A DNA stretch of 64,000 bases from an uncultured Elusimicrobiaceae bacterium (GCA_964487915.1 CAZASN010000005.1:13065-77064); one strand, 5' to 3'. Numbered from the stretch's first letter, positions 18,467 through 27,263 are shown. The notes: generated from the sequence alone by a model not told the origin. Made by a program: numbers and translations.

Positions 18467-19461
18467 AATGCAAATTTCCTGCCGGGTTTTAATAAAAGTA
18501 TGATAAAGAAAAGTCCGCCGACTATGCTTGTTATTACGCCTACGGGTATTTCAACCGGAGAAAGCAAAGTTCTGCTTAAAGTGTCGCATACGGGAAGAAA
18601 TACGGCTCCGGCAAGAGCTGACGCAGGAATAAGAACTCTGTGGTCATTGCCTACGAATTTCCTCATTATGTGAGGCATCATAAGTCCCACAAAGCCTATT
18701 ACTCCGCAGCAGCTTACAGCTGAAGCCGTAATTAATGAGCTTAAAAGAAATATATATTTAACCGTTCTTGCCGTATTTATGCCCAAAGACGAGGCTTTTT
18801 GCTCGCCCAGAGTAATAACGTTTATAAGATTTCCGAATAAACAAAGAATAATAATACCTGTAATTATTATTACCGTTACCGGAAGCAGAAGTCTTTCGTC
18901 AAAAGAAGATAAATTGCCCATAAGCCACATAAAAGCCGAGAAAAGCTTATCGGAAGAAAGTACGGCAAAAATAAGCATTACCGCCGCTGAAAATATATAA
19001 CTTGCTACAACGCCCGAAAGTATCATGCTGTTTGAATCAAATCCTTTTTTTATATTTAAAGCGTAAACCAGAAAAATCGCAAGCATTGCTCCGAGAAAGG
19101 CAAACAGAGGAACATATATCCAGCCGGCCGCCGCAAGCCCGACGGCAAAAGCTATAGAAGCGCCGAAAGCGCTGCCTCCGGAAATCCCCAGAGTAAACGG
19201 ATCGGCAAGAGGATTTCTGAGTATCCCCTGGAATATGCAGCCGCTTGCCGAAAGTCCGGCTCCGGCCGCAACGGCCAGAATAAACCGCGGCAGGCGTATG
19301 CTGTTTATTATTGTCAGAGTATTTTTATCGGCTTTTAAAAAGAAAGCTTGAATCATCTGTATAAAAGAAATATTTCCGGCTCCGGACATCATCGCAAAAA
19401 TAAACGCCAGAGCAAGAAAAACAATTATTATTGAAAATTTAAAAATTAATTTAGTTTTCAT
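18463..19461 (-). CDS. FecCD-family ABC permease (BtuC-like)
   Basis: 332 aa, polytopic. RLPRFILAVAAGAGLSASGCIFQGILRNPLADPFTLGISGG is the FecCD/BtuC signature region. Confidence 0.85.
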   Translation of the reverse strand: MKTKLIFKFSIIIVFLALAFIFAMMSGAGNISFIQMIQAFFLKADKNTLTIINSIRLPRFILAVAAGAGLSASGCIFQGILRNPLADPFTLGISGGSAFGASIAFAVGLAAAGWIYVPLFAFLGAMLAIFLVYALNIKKGFDSNSMILSGVVASYIFSAAVMLIFAVLSSDKLFSAFMWLMGNLSSFDERLLLPVTVIIITGIIILCLFGNLINVITLGEQKASSLGINTARTVKYIFLLSSLITASAVSCCGVIGFVGLMMPHIMRKFVGNDHRVLIPASALAGAVFLPVCDTLSRTLLSPVEIPVGVITSIVGGLFFIILLLKPGRKFAL

Positions 19462-20281
19462 TTGTAAAATCCGGATATATCGTTTTTAAAATTATTTTTA
19501 CTCCTTTTAAAAAAGTTAAAGGCGTGGGGGTAAAAATATCGTTCACGTCAAGCATATAAATTCTTTTGTTTTTTACCGCGTTTATGTTTTTTATCCGTTT
19601 CCATCTTTGCATTTCTTCATTTGTTATATCGCCCATATTTACAAGTAAAATTATATCGGGATTTTTTATTATTACCGATTCCATGTTTACATTCGGATAT
19701 CTCATGTCAATATCTTCAAATATATTGGTCGTTCCGAGAAATTTGTTGTAATTGTTTACAAAACTTTTTTTACCGGCCGTAAACAGCGGTTTTGCTCCGA
19801 CTTCCCAGAATATTTTTTCGTTTTTTTTATTTTTCATATCTGCCGTTATTTTATCCATTTCTTTTTTTACTCTTTCTATTATAACGTCTGCGGTTTCTTT
19901 TTTGCCTACATAAGAACCCAAATTTTTAAAATTGTCGCATATTTCTTCAAAATTTCTTACGGTATTCATAACGTAAATTTTGCATCCGAGCCTCTGCATT
20001 TTTTCTATTGCGGATTTATTGTTTCCTTCCTTTGTTGATATGATCAAATCCGGTCTTAAAGAAATTATTTTTTCAATGTTGGGTTCCAAAAGCGTCCCTA
20101 TGTTTTCTTTTTCCGTGGTTCCTTTCGGACAGTATACGGTTATCGCTTTGACGTTTTCTTCAAGTCCGAGTTCATAAAGGCTGGTTGTGACCGAAGGGGC
20201 AAGCGATATTATTCTTTTATATTCGCAGTATGCGTTTGCCGTTATAAAAAGAAAAATAAAAAAAATAAACAGTTTGTTCAT
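19451..20281 (-). CDS. periplasmic cobalamin/siderophore-binding protein (BtuF-like, cluster A-2 substrate-binding protein)
   Basis: 276 aa with signal peptide. RIISLAPSVTTSLYELGL start is typical of BtuF/FhuD-type binding proteins. Confidence 0.75.
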   Translation of the reverse strand: MNKLFIFFIFLFITANAYCEYKRIISLAPSVTTSLYELGLEENVKAITVYCPKGTTEKENIGTLLEPNIEKIISLRPDLIISTKEGNNKSAIEKMQRLGCKIYVMNTVRNFEEICDNFKNLGSYVGKKETADVIIERVKKEMDKITADMKNKKNEKIFWEVGAKPLFTAGKKSFVNNYNKFLGTTNIFEDIDMRYPNVNMESVIIKNPDIILLVNMGDITNEEMQRWKRIKNINAVKNKRIYMLDVNDIFTPTPLTFLKGVKIILKTIYPDFTNEN

Positions 20282-20793
20282 CAGAATTCTATGCCTTCTT
20301 TCGCCTGAATGCCTTTTGAGTAAGGATGTTTTATTTCAAGAACTTCGCTTACAAGATCCGCCGTTTCAATAAGTTCTTTTGAAGCGCCTCTGCCGGTTAT
20401 CATTACGGTTGATTTTTGAGCAAGCTTTTTTACAGTCTCAATGAGCGTTTGATCTTCAATAAAACCGTCTCTTACGGCTATGTTAAATTCTTCAAGAACT
20501 ATAAGATCGTAAAAGTTGTTTTTCAGTATTTCTTCAATTTTGCTTAAAGCTATATAACATTCGTGTCTTGCGTCCTGTTTTGAAACGTCTTTAAAACAAA
20601 AGGGATGTTTTTTAGCGTATGAAAAAAAATCAAGCCCTTCAAGTTTCGCAAGTATTTTTTGTTCTCCGTAAAAATCTTCGCCCTTGAAAAGCTGTATCAA
20701 ACAAACTTTTTGTTTGTGTCCCAAAGCGCGTACTATCTGACCTATTGAAGACGTAGTTTTGCCTTTACCGTTTCCGGTTAATACTATTATCAT
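20281..20793 (-). CDS. cobO: ATP:cob(I)alamin adenosyltransferase (CobO/CobA/BtuR type)
   Basis: TGNGKGKTTSSIGQIVRALGH P-loop, LIVLEEFN, MITGRGASKELIETADLVSEVLEIKHPY..GIQAKEGIEF. Collinear with the CobA/BtuR family. Confidence 0.9.
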   Translation of the reverse strand: MIIVLTGNGKGKTTSSIGQIVRALGHKQKVCLIQLFKGEDFYGEQKILAKLEGLDFFSYAKKHPFCFKDVSKQDARHECYIALSKIEEILKNNFYDLIVLEEFNIAVRDGFIEDQTLIETVKKLAQKSTVMITGRGASKELIETADLVSEVLEIKHPYSKGIQAKEGIEF

Positions 20794-20825
20794 ACAATCC
20801 TCCGCGCAGACTGATCATATTTAAA

Positions 20826-20858
20826 AAATAAAAAAACCGCCTTTCAAAAGAAAGACGG
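20826..20858 (-). terminator. rho-independent terminator, probable expression platform of the upstream riboswitch
   Basis: Minus strand reads CCGTCTTTC-TTTT-GAAAGGCGG followed by TTTTTTT. Lies between the aptamer and the cobO start. Confidence 0.7.
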
Positions 20859-20909
20859 TTTATAAATGTTGAAAATATAAAACTCTCTCCCTAGAAAGAA
20901 ACTGCAAAA

Positions 20910-20997
20910 AGATAAATAAATAGACCGGGCTTACATATAAAATATGCTTACCGTTGCTGGGCAGCGTCCGAATTACGGAACTTCCTTTTATTTATCT
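20910..20997 (-). promoter_or_regulatory. compact cobalamin riboswitch aptamer (variant/class-II-like) in the cobO leader
   Basis: 11-bp P1 AGATAAATAAA/TTTATTTATCT encloses AGGAAGTTCCGTAATTCGGACGCTGCCCAGCAACGGTAAGC..AAGCCCGG. Core resembles GGGAA..GTGAAA..CCCGCCACTGTAA but is only about 88 nt, with a degenerate B12 box. Confidence 0.6.
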
Positions 20998-21016
20998 GTA
21001 AAACTTAAAAGAACAT

Positions 21017-21090
21017 TGGGCCTGGTAGGACTTGAACCTACGACCATTCGATTATGAGTCGAGTGCTCTAACCAACTGAGCTACAGGCCC
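21017..21090 (-). tRNA. tRNA with CAU anticodon, elongator type; acceptor C4:G69/C5:G68 favours tRNA-Ile2 (lysidine) over tRNA-Met
   Basis: Minus strand reads GGGCCTGTAGCTCAGTTGGTTAGAGCACTCGACTCATAATCGAATGGTCGTAGGTTCAAGTCCTACCAGGCCCA. G1:C72 is paired, so it is not an initiator. Anticodon loop CTCATAA. Confidence 0.85.
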
Positions 21091-21109
21091 TTTAAAAAAC
21101 AGTGGAAAA

Positions 21110-21138
21110 ATTATACTTAAAACTTAATTTTAAGTCAA
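21110..21138 (-). promoter_or_regulatory. near-consensus sigma70-type promoter driving the tRNA(CAU)-riboswitch-cobO transcription unit
   Basis: Minus strand has TTGACT (21138-21133), 17-nt spacer, TATAAT (21115-21110), about 20 nt upstream of the tRNA 5' end. Confidence 0.6.
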
Positions 21139-21160
21139 ATATTTAATAAAAAACAACAAA

Positions 21161-22885
21161 TTAAAAACTTCTTTCACGACGGGGAAAGAATCTTTTATTT
21201 TTATGTTTCGAAAAATTTCTTTTTTCAAAATGCTGCGTCAGCGTCAATTTTTGTTTCATTCTGGCGTTTCTGTCTTTTTCAATAAAAATCGGATTGCCCG
21301 CCGAATCTTTTTCACAGTAATACATCATTGTTGAATAAGTTGACGGAGCCGGCGTAAAGACCTGAACCTGTTCGGGCGTAAATTTTAACTGCTTTTTTAT
21401 GAAAGCCGCAAGATTTTGAGTGTCTTTAAGAGAACAGCCGGGATGGTCAACCATAAAATAACACGTCATATACTGGTCAGTGTTTTCATTTGCGGCGTTA
21501 AACATTTTTATAAATTCAATAAAAGTTTCCTGTTTTGGTTTATTCATTGCGGCAAGGACTTTTTCTTCTGTATGTTCCGGCGCTATTTTCAACTGCCCCG
21601 ATATATTATTCGCGGATATATGTTTTAAATATTTTTCTCCGTTGTTTTTATCTTTTACTATCATATCGTGTCTGAGACCGGATGATACGAAAACCTTTTT
21701 TATTTTTTCATTTTCTTTAATTTTATTTAACAAATTTATCTGTAAATCATGTGAGAAAACAAGATTTTCACATATTTCCGGGTACAGACATTTTTTGTTT
21801 TTGCAGCTTCCGGCAATTGTGCGGATTTTGCACGACAATCCGTACATATTTCCCGTAGGTCCGCCGACGTCCGATATATATCCTTTAAAATCAGTCATTT
21901 TCGTTAAATTTTCTATTTCGTTTAATATTGATTTCTCGCTTCTTGAAATTACGTTTTTGCCCTGATGGACGGCAATTGCGCAAAAATTGCATTCGCCGCA
22001 GCATCCTCTGTGAGATATTACTGAAAATTTTATTGTATCCTGGGATTTTACAGCGCCTGATTTTAGATAATAAGGATGCACCTGTCTTGTAAATTCCATA
22101 TCGGATATTTCATCCAGTTCTTCCTGAGTCAGAACATCTTGGGTTTGATTGTGAATTAAATAACGGGTATCATGCCGCTGATACATGTTTTTATCCTGAT
22201 TTTCATAAAAAAGTTTAAACATTTTCGCAAATTCATCTTTTGAAGCGACACAGTCTTCGTATGACGGAAGTTCAAGAGAATTATCCGGTTTTTCTTTTGA
22301 AATATAACAAAGTCCTTTTATGCTTTTGTAATCAAGATTATTTTTTAATTTGCCGGCCAGTTCCAATGTTGTTTTTTCGCCCATTCCGTAGATAAGAATG
22401 TCGGCTTTGGCGTCAAATAGAAGAGATCTTCTGAGTTTGTTATCTTTTAAGTCAAAATGTGTTATTCTTCTAAGACTTGCCTCTACTCCGCCGAGAACGA
22501 CCGGTTTTGTATTTTTAAAGTATCTTCTTATTAAATTTGTATAAACCATGCAGGCTCTGTCGGGACGTTTGTTATTTATTCCGCCGGGAGTTAAATCGTC
22601 TTCGTTTCTGAATTTTCCGGTAGCGGTGTAATTTGCCACAAGAGAATCCATGGCGCCTGCGGTGACCGCCCAGAAGAGTTCCGGTTCTCCGAGTCTTGAT
22701 ATTTCGTCTGAATTTATATCTGGTTGCGCTATAATCGCTGTTTTATAACCGTATTTTGACAGATAATTGCCTATTACCGCCGCTCCGTTGAAGGGGGAAT
22801 CAACATAGGTGTCGCCGGATAAGATTATTATGTCCGGTTTTGTCCATTTAAGTTTGATAATTTCTTCTTTTGTTGTAGGAATCAT
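21161..22885 (-). CDS. ygiQ: YgiQ family radical SAM protein (UPF0313)
   Basis: 574 aa. N-terminal PDIIILSGDTYVDSPFNGAAVIG and SHRGCCGECNFCAI cluster motif are characteristic of YgiQ. Confidence 0.85.
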   Translation of the reverse strand: MIPTTKEEIIKLKWTKPDIIILSGDTYVDSPFNGAAVIGNYLSKYGYKTAIIAQPDINSDEISRLGEPELFWAVTAGAMDSLVANYTATGKFRNEDDLTPGGINNKRPDRACMVYTNLIRRYFKNTKPVVLGGVEASLRRITHFDLKDNKLRRSLLFDAKADILIYGMGEKTTLELAGKLKNNLDYKSIKGLCYISKEKPDNSLELPSYEDCVASKDEFAKMFKLFYENQDKNMYQRHDTRYLIHNQTQDVLTQEELDEISDMEFTRQVHPYYLKSGAVKSQDTIKFSVISHRGCCGECNFCAIAVHQGKNVISRSEKSILNEIENLTKMTDFKGYISDVGGPTGNMYGLSCKIRTIAGSCKNKKCLYPEICENLVFSHDLQINLLNKIKENEKIKKVFVSSGLRHDMIVKDKNNGEKYLKHISANNISGQLKIAPEHTEEKVLAAMNKPKQETFIEFIKMFNAANENTDQYMTCYFMVDHPGCSLKDTQNLAAFIKKQLKFTPEQVQVFTPAPSTYSTMMYYCEKDSAGNPIFIEKDRNARMKQKLTLTQHFEKRNFSKHKNKRFFPRRERSF

Positions 22886-22938
22886 TCTTTATTCATTCTA
22901 TCAAAAAAATACTGCTAGGGCTAATTTTTAATATTATA

Positions 22939-22967
22939 TTGACATAAATACAGATGTATGATATAAT
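22939..22967 (+). promoter_or_regulatory. consensus sigma70-type promoter of lexA with embedded palindrome (candidate LexA operator)
   Basis: TTGACA (22939-22944), exactly 17 nt, TATAAT (22962-22967). The spacer contains ATACA-GA-TGTAT (22948-22959). Confidence 0.6.
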
Positions 22968-23002
22968 ACAAAAGAATTAGATTTTCTTAATACGGGGTGT
23001 TT

Positions 23003-23596
23003 ATGAAAGAATTAACTGAAAAACAAAGAAAAGTTCTTAATTTTATCAACGAATTTTACGCGGATAACGCAATGATGCCTACTGTCAGGGAAATAGCGGG
23101 TCATTTTAAATTATCAATAGGCTCAATACAGCAGCATTTAAACAGTCTTCAGACAAAAGGCTATCTTACAAAAAGAGACTCAATATCAAGAGGGATTGAT
23201 TTTCCCAACAGACAGAATTTTACTCCGGTTGCGGTACTCGGCAGCGTTCATGCAGGTACGTTTTTGGAACAAATTGAAGACGCCAGCGACTATGTTTATA
23301 TAAATACAAACGTTACTAGAAACAGAAAATGTTTTGCTTTAAAAGTCAAAGGCGACAGCATGGAGCCTTCCGGCATATTTGAAGGCGATACGATAGTCGT
23401 TTCAAAAGAAGACAAACCTTATAACGGAGACGTCGTAGTAGCTCTTGTAGACGGAGAATCGGCGGTTAAATTATTTTATAAGGAAAACGGCAGAATATTT
23501 TTAAAATCTTCAAATCCGAAATATCCGGTAATTACATCGGATAATATTGAAATAGTCGGCAAATTAATATATCTTGTAAGAGAATATAAAGGATGA
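23003..23596 (+). CDS. lexA: LexA repressor (S24 peptidase)
   Basis: N-terminal winged HTH (LTEKQRKVLNFI..PTVREIA..SIGSIQQHLNSLQTKGYL), cleavage-region VAVLGSVHAG, catalytic VKGDSMEP and downstream Lys region. ATG 23003 preferred over GTG 22997. Confidence 0.9.
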   Translation: MKELTEKQRKVLNFINEFYADNAMMPTVREIAGHFKLSIGSIQQHLNSLQTKGYLTKRDSISRGIDFPNRQNFTPVAVLGSVHAGTFLEQIEDASDYVYINTNVTRNRKCFALKVKGDSMEPSGIFEGDTIVVSKEDKPYNGDVVVALVDGESAVKLFYKENGRIFLKSSNPKYPVITSDNIEIVGKLIYLVREYKG

Positions 23597-23784
23597 ATAT
23601 AAACATGTTATTTTATTTATTGTTTTTTGCGGATATTTTAATTGCCGTAATCGTCGGTGTTTTTACGAATTTTATTTTTGGTTTAATAACGGGATTTGTG
23701 TTGTTGTTTATAAACGGAATAACTTTTTATTTTATACAAAAAATACTGAAAATCGGAAAACAAACATATGAAAACAGAAAATAA
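23593..23784 (+). CDS. small 2-TM membrane protein, translationally coupled to lexA
   Basis: 63 aa. ATGA overlap with the lexA stop. Two hydrophobic helices and a basic C-tail (KILKIGKQTYENRK). Confidence 0.5.
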   Translation: MNINMLFYLLFFADILIAVIVGVFTNFIFGLITGFVLLFINGITFYFIQKILKIGKQTYENRK

Positions 23785-23971
23785 TTATAAAAAATACAAA
23801 TATCTCTTTTTAACATCAACATTTGCCGGTGTAGCAGGTCTTTATATCGCTTACAAATTTCATTCCGAAACCGCAAAATACGTATCTTATGCGTTATTTG
23901 CGATATGGCTTATTCTTGCCTTGTACGTAAGATATCTCATAATCAGAGATAAAAAAAATATTCAAAAATAA
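23768..23971 (+). CDS. small 2-TM membrane protein
   Basis: 67 aa. Overlaps the previous small ORF by 17 nt. Two hydrophobic helices with basic termini. Confidence 0.45.
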   Translation: MKTENNYKKYKYLFLTSTFAGVAGLYIAYKFHSETAKYVSYALFAIWLILALYVRYLIIRDKKNIQK

Positions 23972-24080
23972 CATATTTAAAGAGCAGCAAAATATGTTAA
24001 AATGACATAATCTTAATTTTATGTAACATTTTAACTGTTTTTGCCGTCAAAATACTTTAATACTTTCTTGAGGGTAATAT

Positions 24081-27000
24081 ATGAATTTAGCGGGTTTGTC
24101 AATTAAAAGACCTACGTTTGTATTTTCAATATTGGTGTCAATGATTATTGTCGGACTTATTTTCTTTGAAAGAATACCTGTAAGATTATTTCCCGACGTT
24201 GAAATGCCTTTTGTCGTGGTTGATATAAGATATGACGGAGCCGGACCAGAAGAAATTGAAAGAAGAGTTTCAAGAAGAGTTGAAAATACCGTAAGCCCTA
24301 TTTCCGGGATAAAACATATTTCTTCAATAAGCCAGGAAGGACAGTCAATGACGACAATAGAATTTGTGTTGTCAAAAAATCCGGAAACCGCCCTTCAGGA
24401 AGTTAAAGACAAAGTAGCCGAAATAAGAAGAGGATTCCCGGACGAAATAGACGAGCCTGTTATTTACAGAATGGATCCCGATTCGGAACCTATAATGACG
24501 GTAAGTTTAAACGCCAATCTGTCTCCGAAAGATATATACGATTTAGGAGATGAAATATTCAGAAAAGAACTATTCAGAGTAGACGGCGTTTCAAAAATAC
24601 TGATGATAGGCGGCACAAGAAGGGAACTTCAGGTCAGGGCCGACCTTGATAAACTCAAACAATACGATCTTACCCTTACCGATATTACAAACGCGATCAA
24701 ATCAAACAGTTCAAATATTCCGATAGGCAAATTTTCAAACCGGAATGAGGATATATCGTACAGGAGTATCGGAGAATTCAGAAGCGTTGATAAAATAAAA
24801 GACGTTAATCTTAATTTTTTAGGCAATGACGTTTCTGTCCCTATTAGTTATGTAGCCGAAGTTAAAGACACGGTGCAGGACAGAAGAACAAAAGGCAGAA
24901 TAACAGTAAGAAACGGTGATATGATTCAGAGTAAAAATTCGCTCCTGTTAAGAATATACAAGCAGTCCAAATCAAACGACGTAAAAATATCAGACGGAAT
25001 ACAAAAAAAAATACGAGAACTTAACGCGGAATATTCAAATACTGCCGGAAATCCGGTTCTTGAAGTTGTCAGCGATAACGCAAGAGCCATAAGAGAAAAT
25101 ATTAAAGACGTTAAAAATACTATTTATGAAGGAATATTTCTTGCTATAGTAGTCGTTTATTTCTTTTTAGGCAGCTGGCGTTCCACATTTATCACCGCTT
25201 TGGCTCTTCCAAACAGCCTGATAGGTTCTTTTATTTTTATGTATATTTTCGGATTCAGCGTAAATATTATTTCTCTTTTGTCTTTGTCTCTTGCCGTCGG
25301 GCTTTTGATAGACGACGCCATAGTTGTGAGAGAAAATATTTTCAGGCATGTTGAGGAAGGAGAGGAACCTATAATTGCGGCGCGCAAAGGCACTGACGAA
25401 GTTGCGCTTGCCGTAATAGCTACTACCAGTTCCGTTATAGCCGTATTTCTGCCGGTTGGTTTTTTAAGCGGAGTGGTCGGACAGTTTTTTAAAGAATTCG
25501 GGCTTGTCGTTGTTTTTGCCATGATTATTTCTCTTATGGACGCTCTGACTATCGCGCCTATGCTTTCCGCGTATATGATACCCGGCAGAGGACAGGAAAA
25601 TAAAAAAAATAAATTTATTTTGTTAGTTTCAAATATAATAAGAAAATTAACCGTTGACTGGTTTGAAAAAGTATACTCCTTTGTATCAAAAATTTACGTT
25701 TTAAGCATAAAAACAATAATAACTCATAAAATAAAAACCATATTTACCGTGATTTTGATATGTTTTTTGTCTTTCATATTGTTAAAACATATTCCGGTAG
25801 CTTTTATATCAAACGCCGAAATGGGTGAATTTAATATTGCGGTTGAAGCGGTTCCGAAGACATCAATAGACCGAATGGACAAATATACTTCCGATATTGA
25901 GAATATCGTTATGCAAAATAATAACGTTTCTTTTGTAGTAAGCGCAATAGGTTCAAGCGTTGAACCCAATACGTCAAATGTTTTTGTAAAACTTATTCCT
26001 TCCGGAGAAAGAAAAAAGAAAACCAGCGATATAAAAAAAGAAATAAGAACGGCTTTAAAGAAAAAATTCGGAGCTGAATTAAAATTTTCTCTTAATGACA
26101 ATATGGGGCTTAACAGCCAGCGTCCTTTTTTGCTTCATTTATACGGAGACGATATAAACAGGCTTACCGAAAGAGCCGACGTTCTTATTGAAAAATTTAA
26201 AAATATAAAAGGACTTGTTGATCTGAGAACAAATTATGTATCCGGTAAACCCGAGATACAGATAACTCTTGATTCGGAAAAAATGAAAGCTTTCGGCGTA
26301 AATTCCGTTGATGCCGGCAACGAACTCAGGGCTATGGTTGAAGGAACCACTCCCGCCGTTTACAGACAGGATACTCTTGAATACGACATAAGAGTCCGTT
26401 TAGACGAAAAACAAAGAAACATAAGAAACGCTTATGACAGACTCTACGTAAAAAACAGAAACGGCAAACTTGTAAAACTAAAAAATATAGCGACTTTTAA
26501 AGAGGCAGAAGGCCCAAATAAAATTTTCAGACGCGACAGATCAAGATATATTTCCATTGAGGCAAACCTTGAGCCGGATGTTACTATTACTCAGGTTCAA
26601 AAGGCCACAAAAGAGATAATAGAAGAAAATATGCGTCAGGAAAAAGAAAAGTGGAATAAAATTAAATATTTTTATGCCGGCAACGCGGAAGACATGAAAG
26701 AATTATTCAGCAATATGATAATGGCCGGAATTTTATCTCTCATATTTATTTATATGGTGCTTGCAAGTTTATACGAGTCGGTAATAACTCCGTTTACCAT
26801 AATGGCGGCGCTGCCGCTGTCAATAATAGGAGGATTATTTGCATTATTTATTACAAGAGAAACCATAAATATGTTTACGATGATAGGTTTTATAATGCTT
26901 TTAGGCATCGTCGCTAAAAATTCAATACTTCTTGTAGATTATATACAGCAGCTTATGCGTAGAGGCAGAAATATAAAGGATGCCATAGTTGAGGCCGGCA

Positions 27001-27263
27001 AAGTCAGATTAAGACCGATCTTAATGACTTCGTTTGCTCTTTCAGCCGGTATGCTTCCCACGGCTTTGGGTCTTACAGAATCCGGCTCTTTCAGAAAAGG
27101 CATGGGAATAGTCGTTATAGGCGGAATCATAAGTTCAACTGTTCTGACTCTGTTAATAATTCCGGCAATTTTTGAATATATGATGACTTTCAGAATGTGG
27201 CTCAGGAAAATTTTGGGAAGGCCGCCGCTTAGAACGATAGATAAAGAAACGCAATTAAACTAA
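24081..27263 (+). CDS. RND efflux transporter permease (AcrB/HAE-type), no adjacent membrane-fusion (MFP) or outer-membrane-factor (OMF) gene
   Basis: 1060 aa. N-terminal IKRPTFVFSILVSMIIVG, 12-TM/2-loop layout, LSLAVGLLIDDAIVVREN and GFIMLLGIVAKNSILLVDY motifs. Confidence 0.9.
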   Translation: MNLAGLSIKRPTFVFSILVSMIIVGLIFFERIPVRLFPDVEMPFVVVDIRYDGAGPEEIERRVSRRVENTVSPISGIKHISSISQEGQSMTTIEFVLSKNPETALQEVKDKVAEIRRGFPDEIDEPVIYRMDPDSEPIMTVSLNANLSPKDIYDLGDEIFRKELFRVDGVSKILMIGGTRRELQVRADLDKLKQYDLTLTDITNAIKSNSSNIPIGKFSNRNEDISYRSIGEFRSVDKIKDVNLNFLGNDVSVPISYVAEVKDTVQDRRTKGRITVRNGDMIQSKNSLLLRIYKQSKSNDVKISDGIQKKIRELNAEYSNTAGNPVLEVVSDNARAIRENIKDVKNTIYEGIFLAIVVVYFFLGSWRSTFITALALPNSLIGSFIFMYIFGFSVNIISLLSLSLAVGLLIDDAIVVRENIFRHVEEGEEPIIAARKGTDEVALAVIATTSSVIAVFLPVGFLSGVVGQFFKEFGLVVVFAMIISLMDALTIAPMLSAYMIPGRGQENKKNKFILLVSNIIRKLTVDWFEKVYSFVSKIYVLSIKTIITHKIKTIFTVILICFLSFILLKHIPVAFISNAEMGEFNIAVEAVPKTSIDRMDKYTSDIENIVMQNNNVSFVVSAIGSSVEPNTSNVFVKLIPSGERKKKTSDIKKEIRTALKKKFGAELKFSLNDNMGLNSQRPFLLHLYGDDINRLTERADVLIEKFKNIKGLVDLRTNYVSGKPEIQITLDSEKMKAFGVNSVDAGNELRAMVEGTTPAVYRQDTLEYDIRVRLDEKQRNIRNAYDRLYVKNRNGKLVKLKNIATFKEAEGPNKIFRRDRSRYISIEANLEPDVTITQVQKATKEIIEENMRQEKEKWNKIKYFYAGNAEDMKELFSNMIMAGILSLIFIYMVLASLYESVITPFTIMAALPLSIIGGLFALFITRETINMFTMIGFIMLLGIVAKNSILLVDYIQQLMRRGRNIKDAIVEAGKVRLRPILMTSFALSAGMLPTALGLTESGSFRKGMGIVVIGGIISSTVLTLLIIPAIFEYMMTFRMWLRKILGRPPLRTIDKETQLN

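Noticed and set aside
15416-21090. B12 uptake/salvage cluster bracketed by tRNA genes, considered as a possible genomic island.
   Set aside because: No integrase, no direct repeat of a tRNA 3' end and no obvious compositional shift by eye. The content is a coherent riboswitch-regulated housekeeping locus.
23972-24080. Short palindromes upstream of the RND gene (catattt..aaatatg; atgtta..taacat), considered as a TetR-type operator.
   Set aside because: The arms are only 6-7 bp in very AT-rich DNA, and no TetR-family regulator gene is adjacent. This is within chance expectation.
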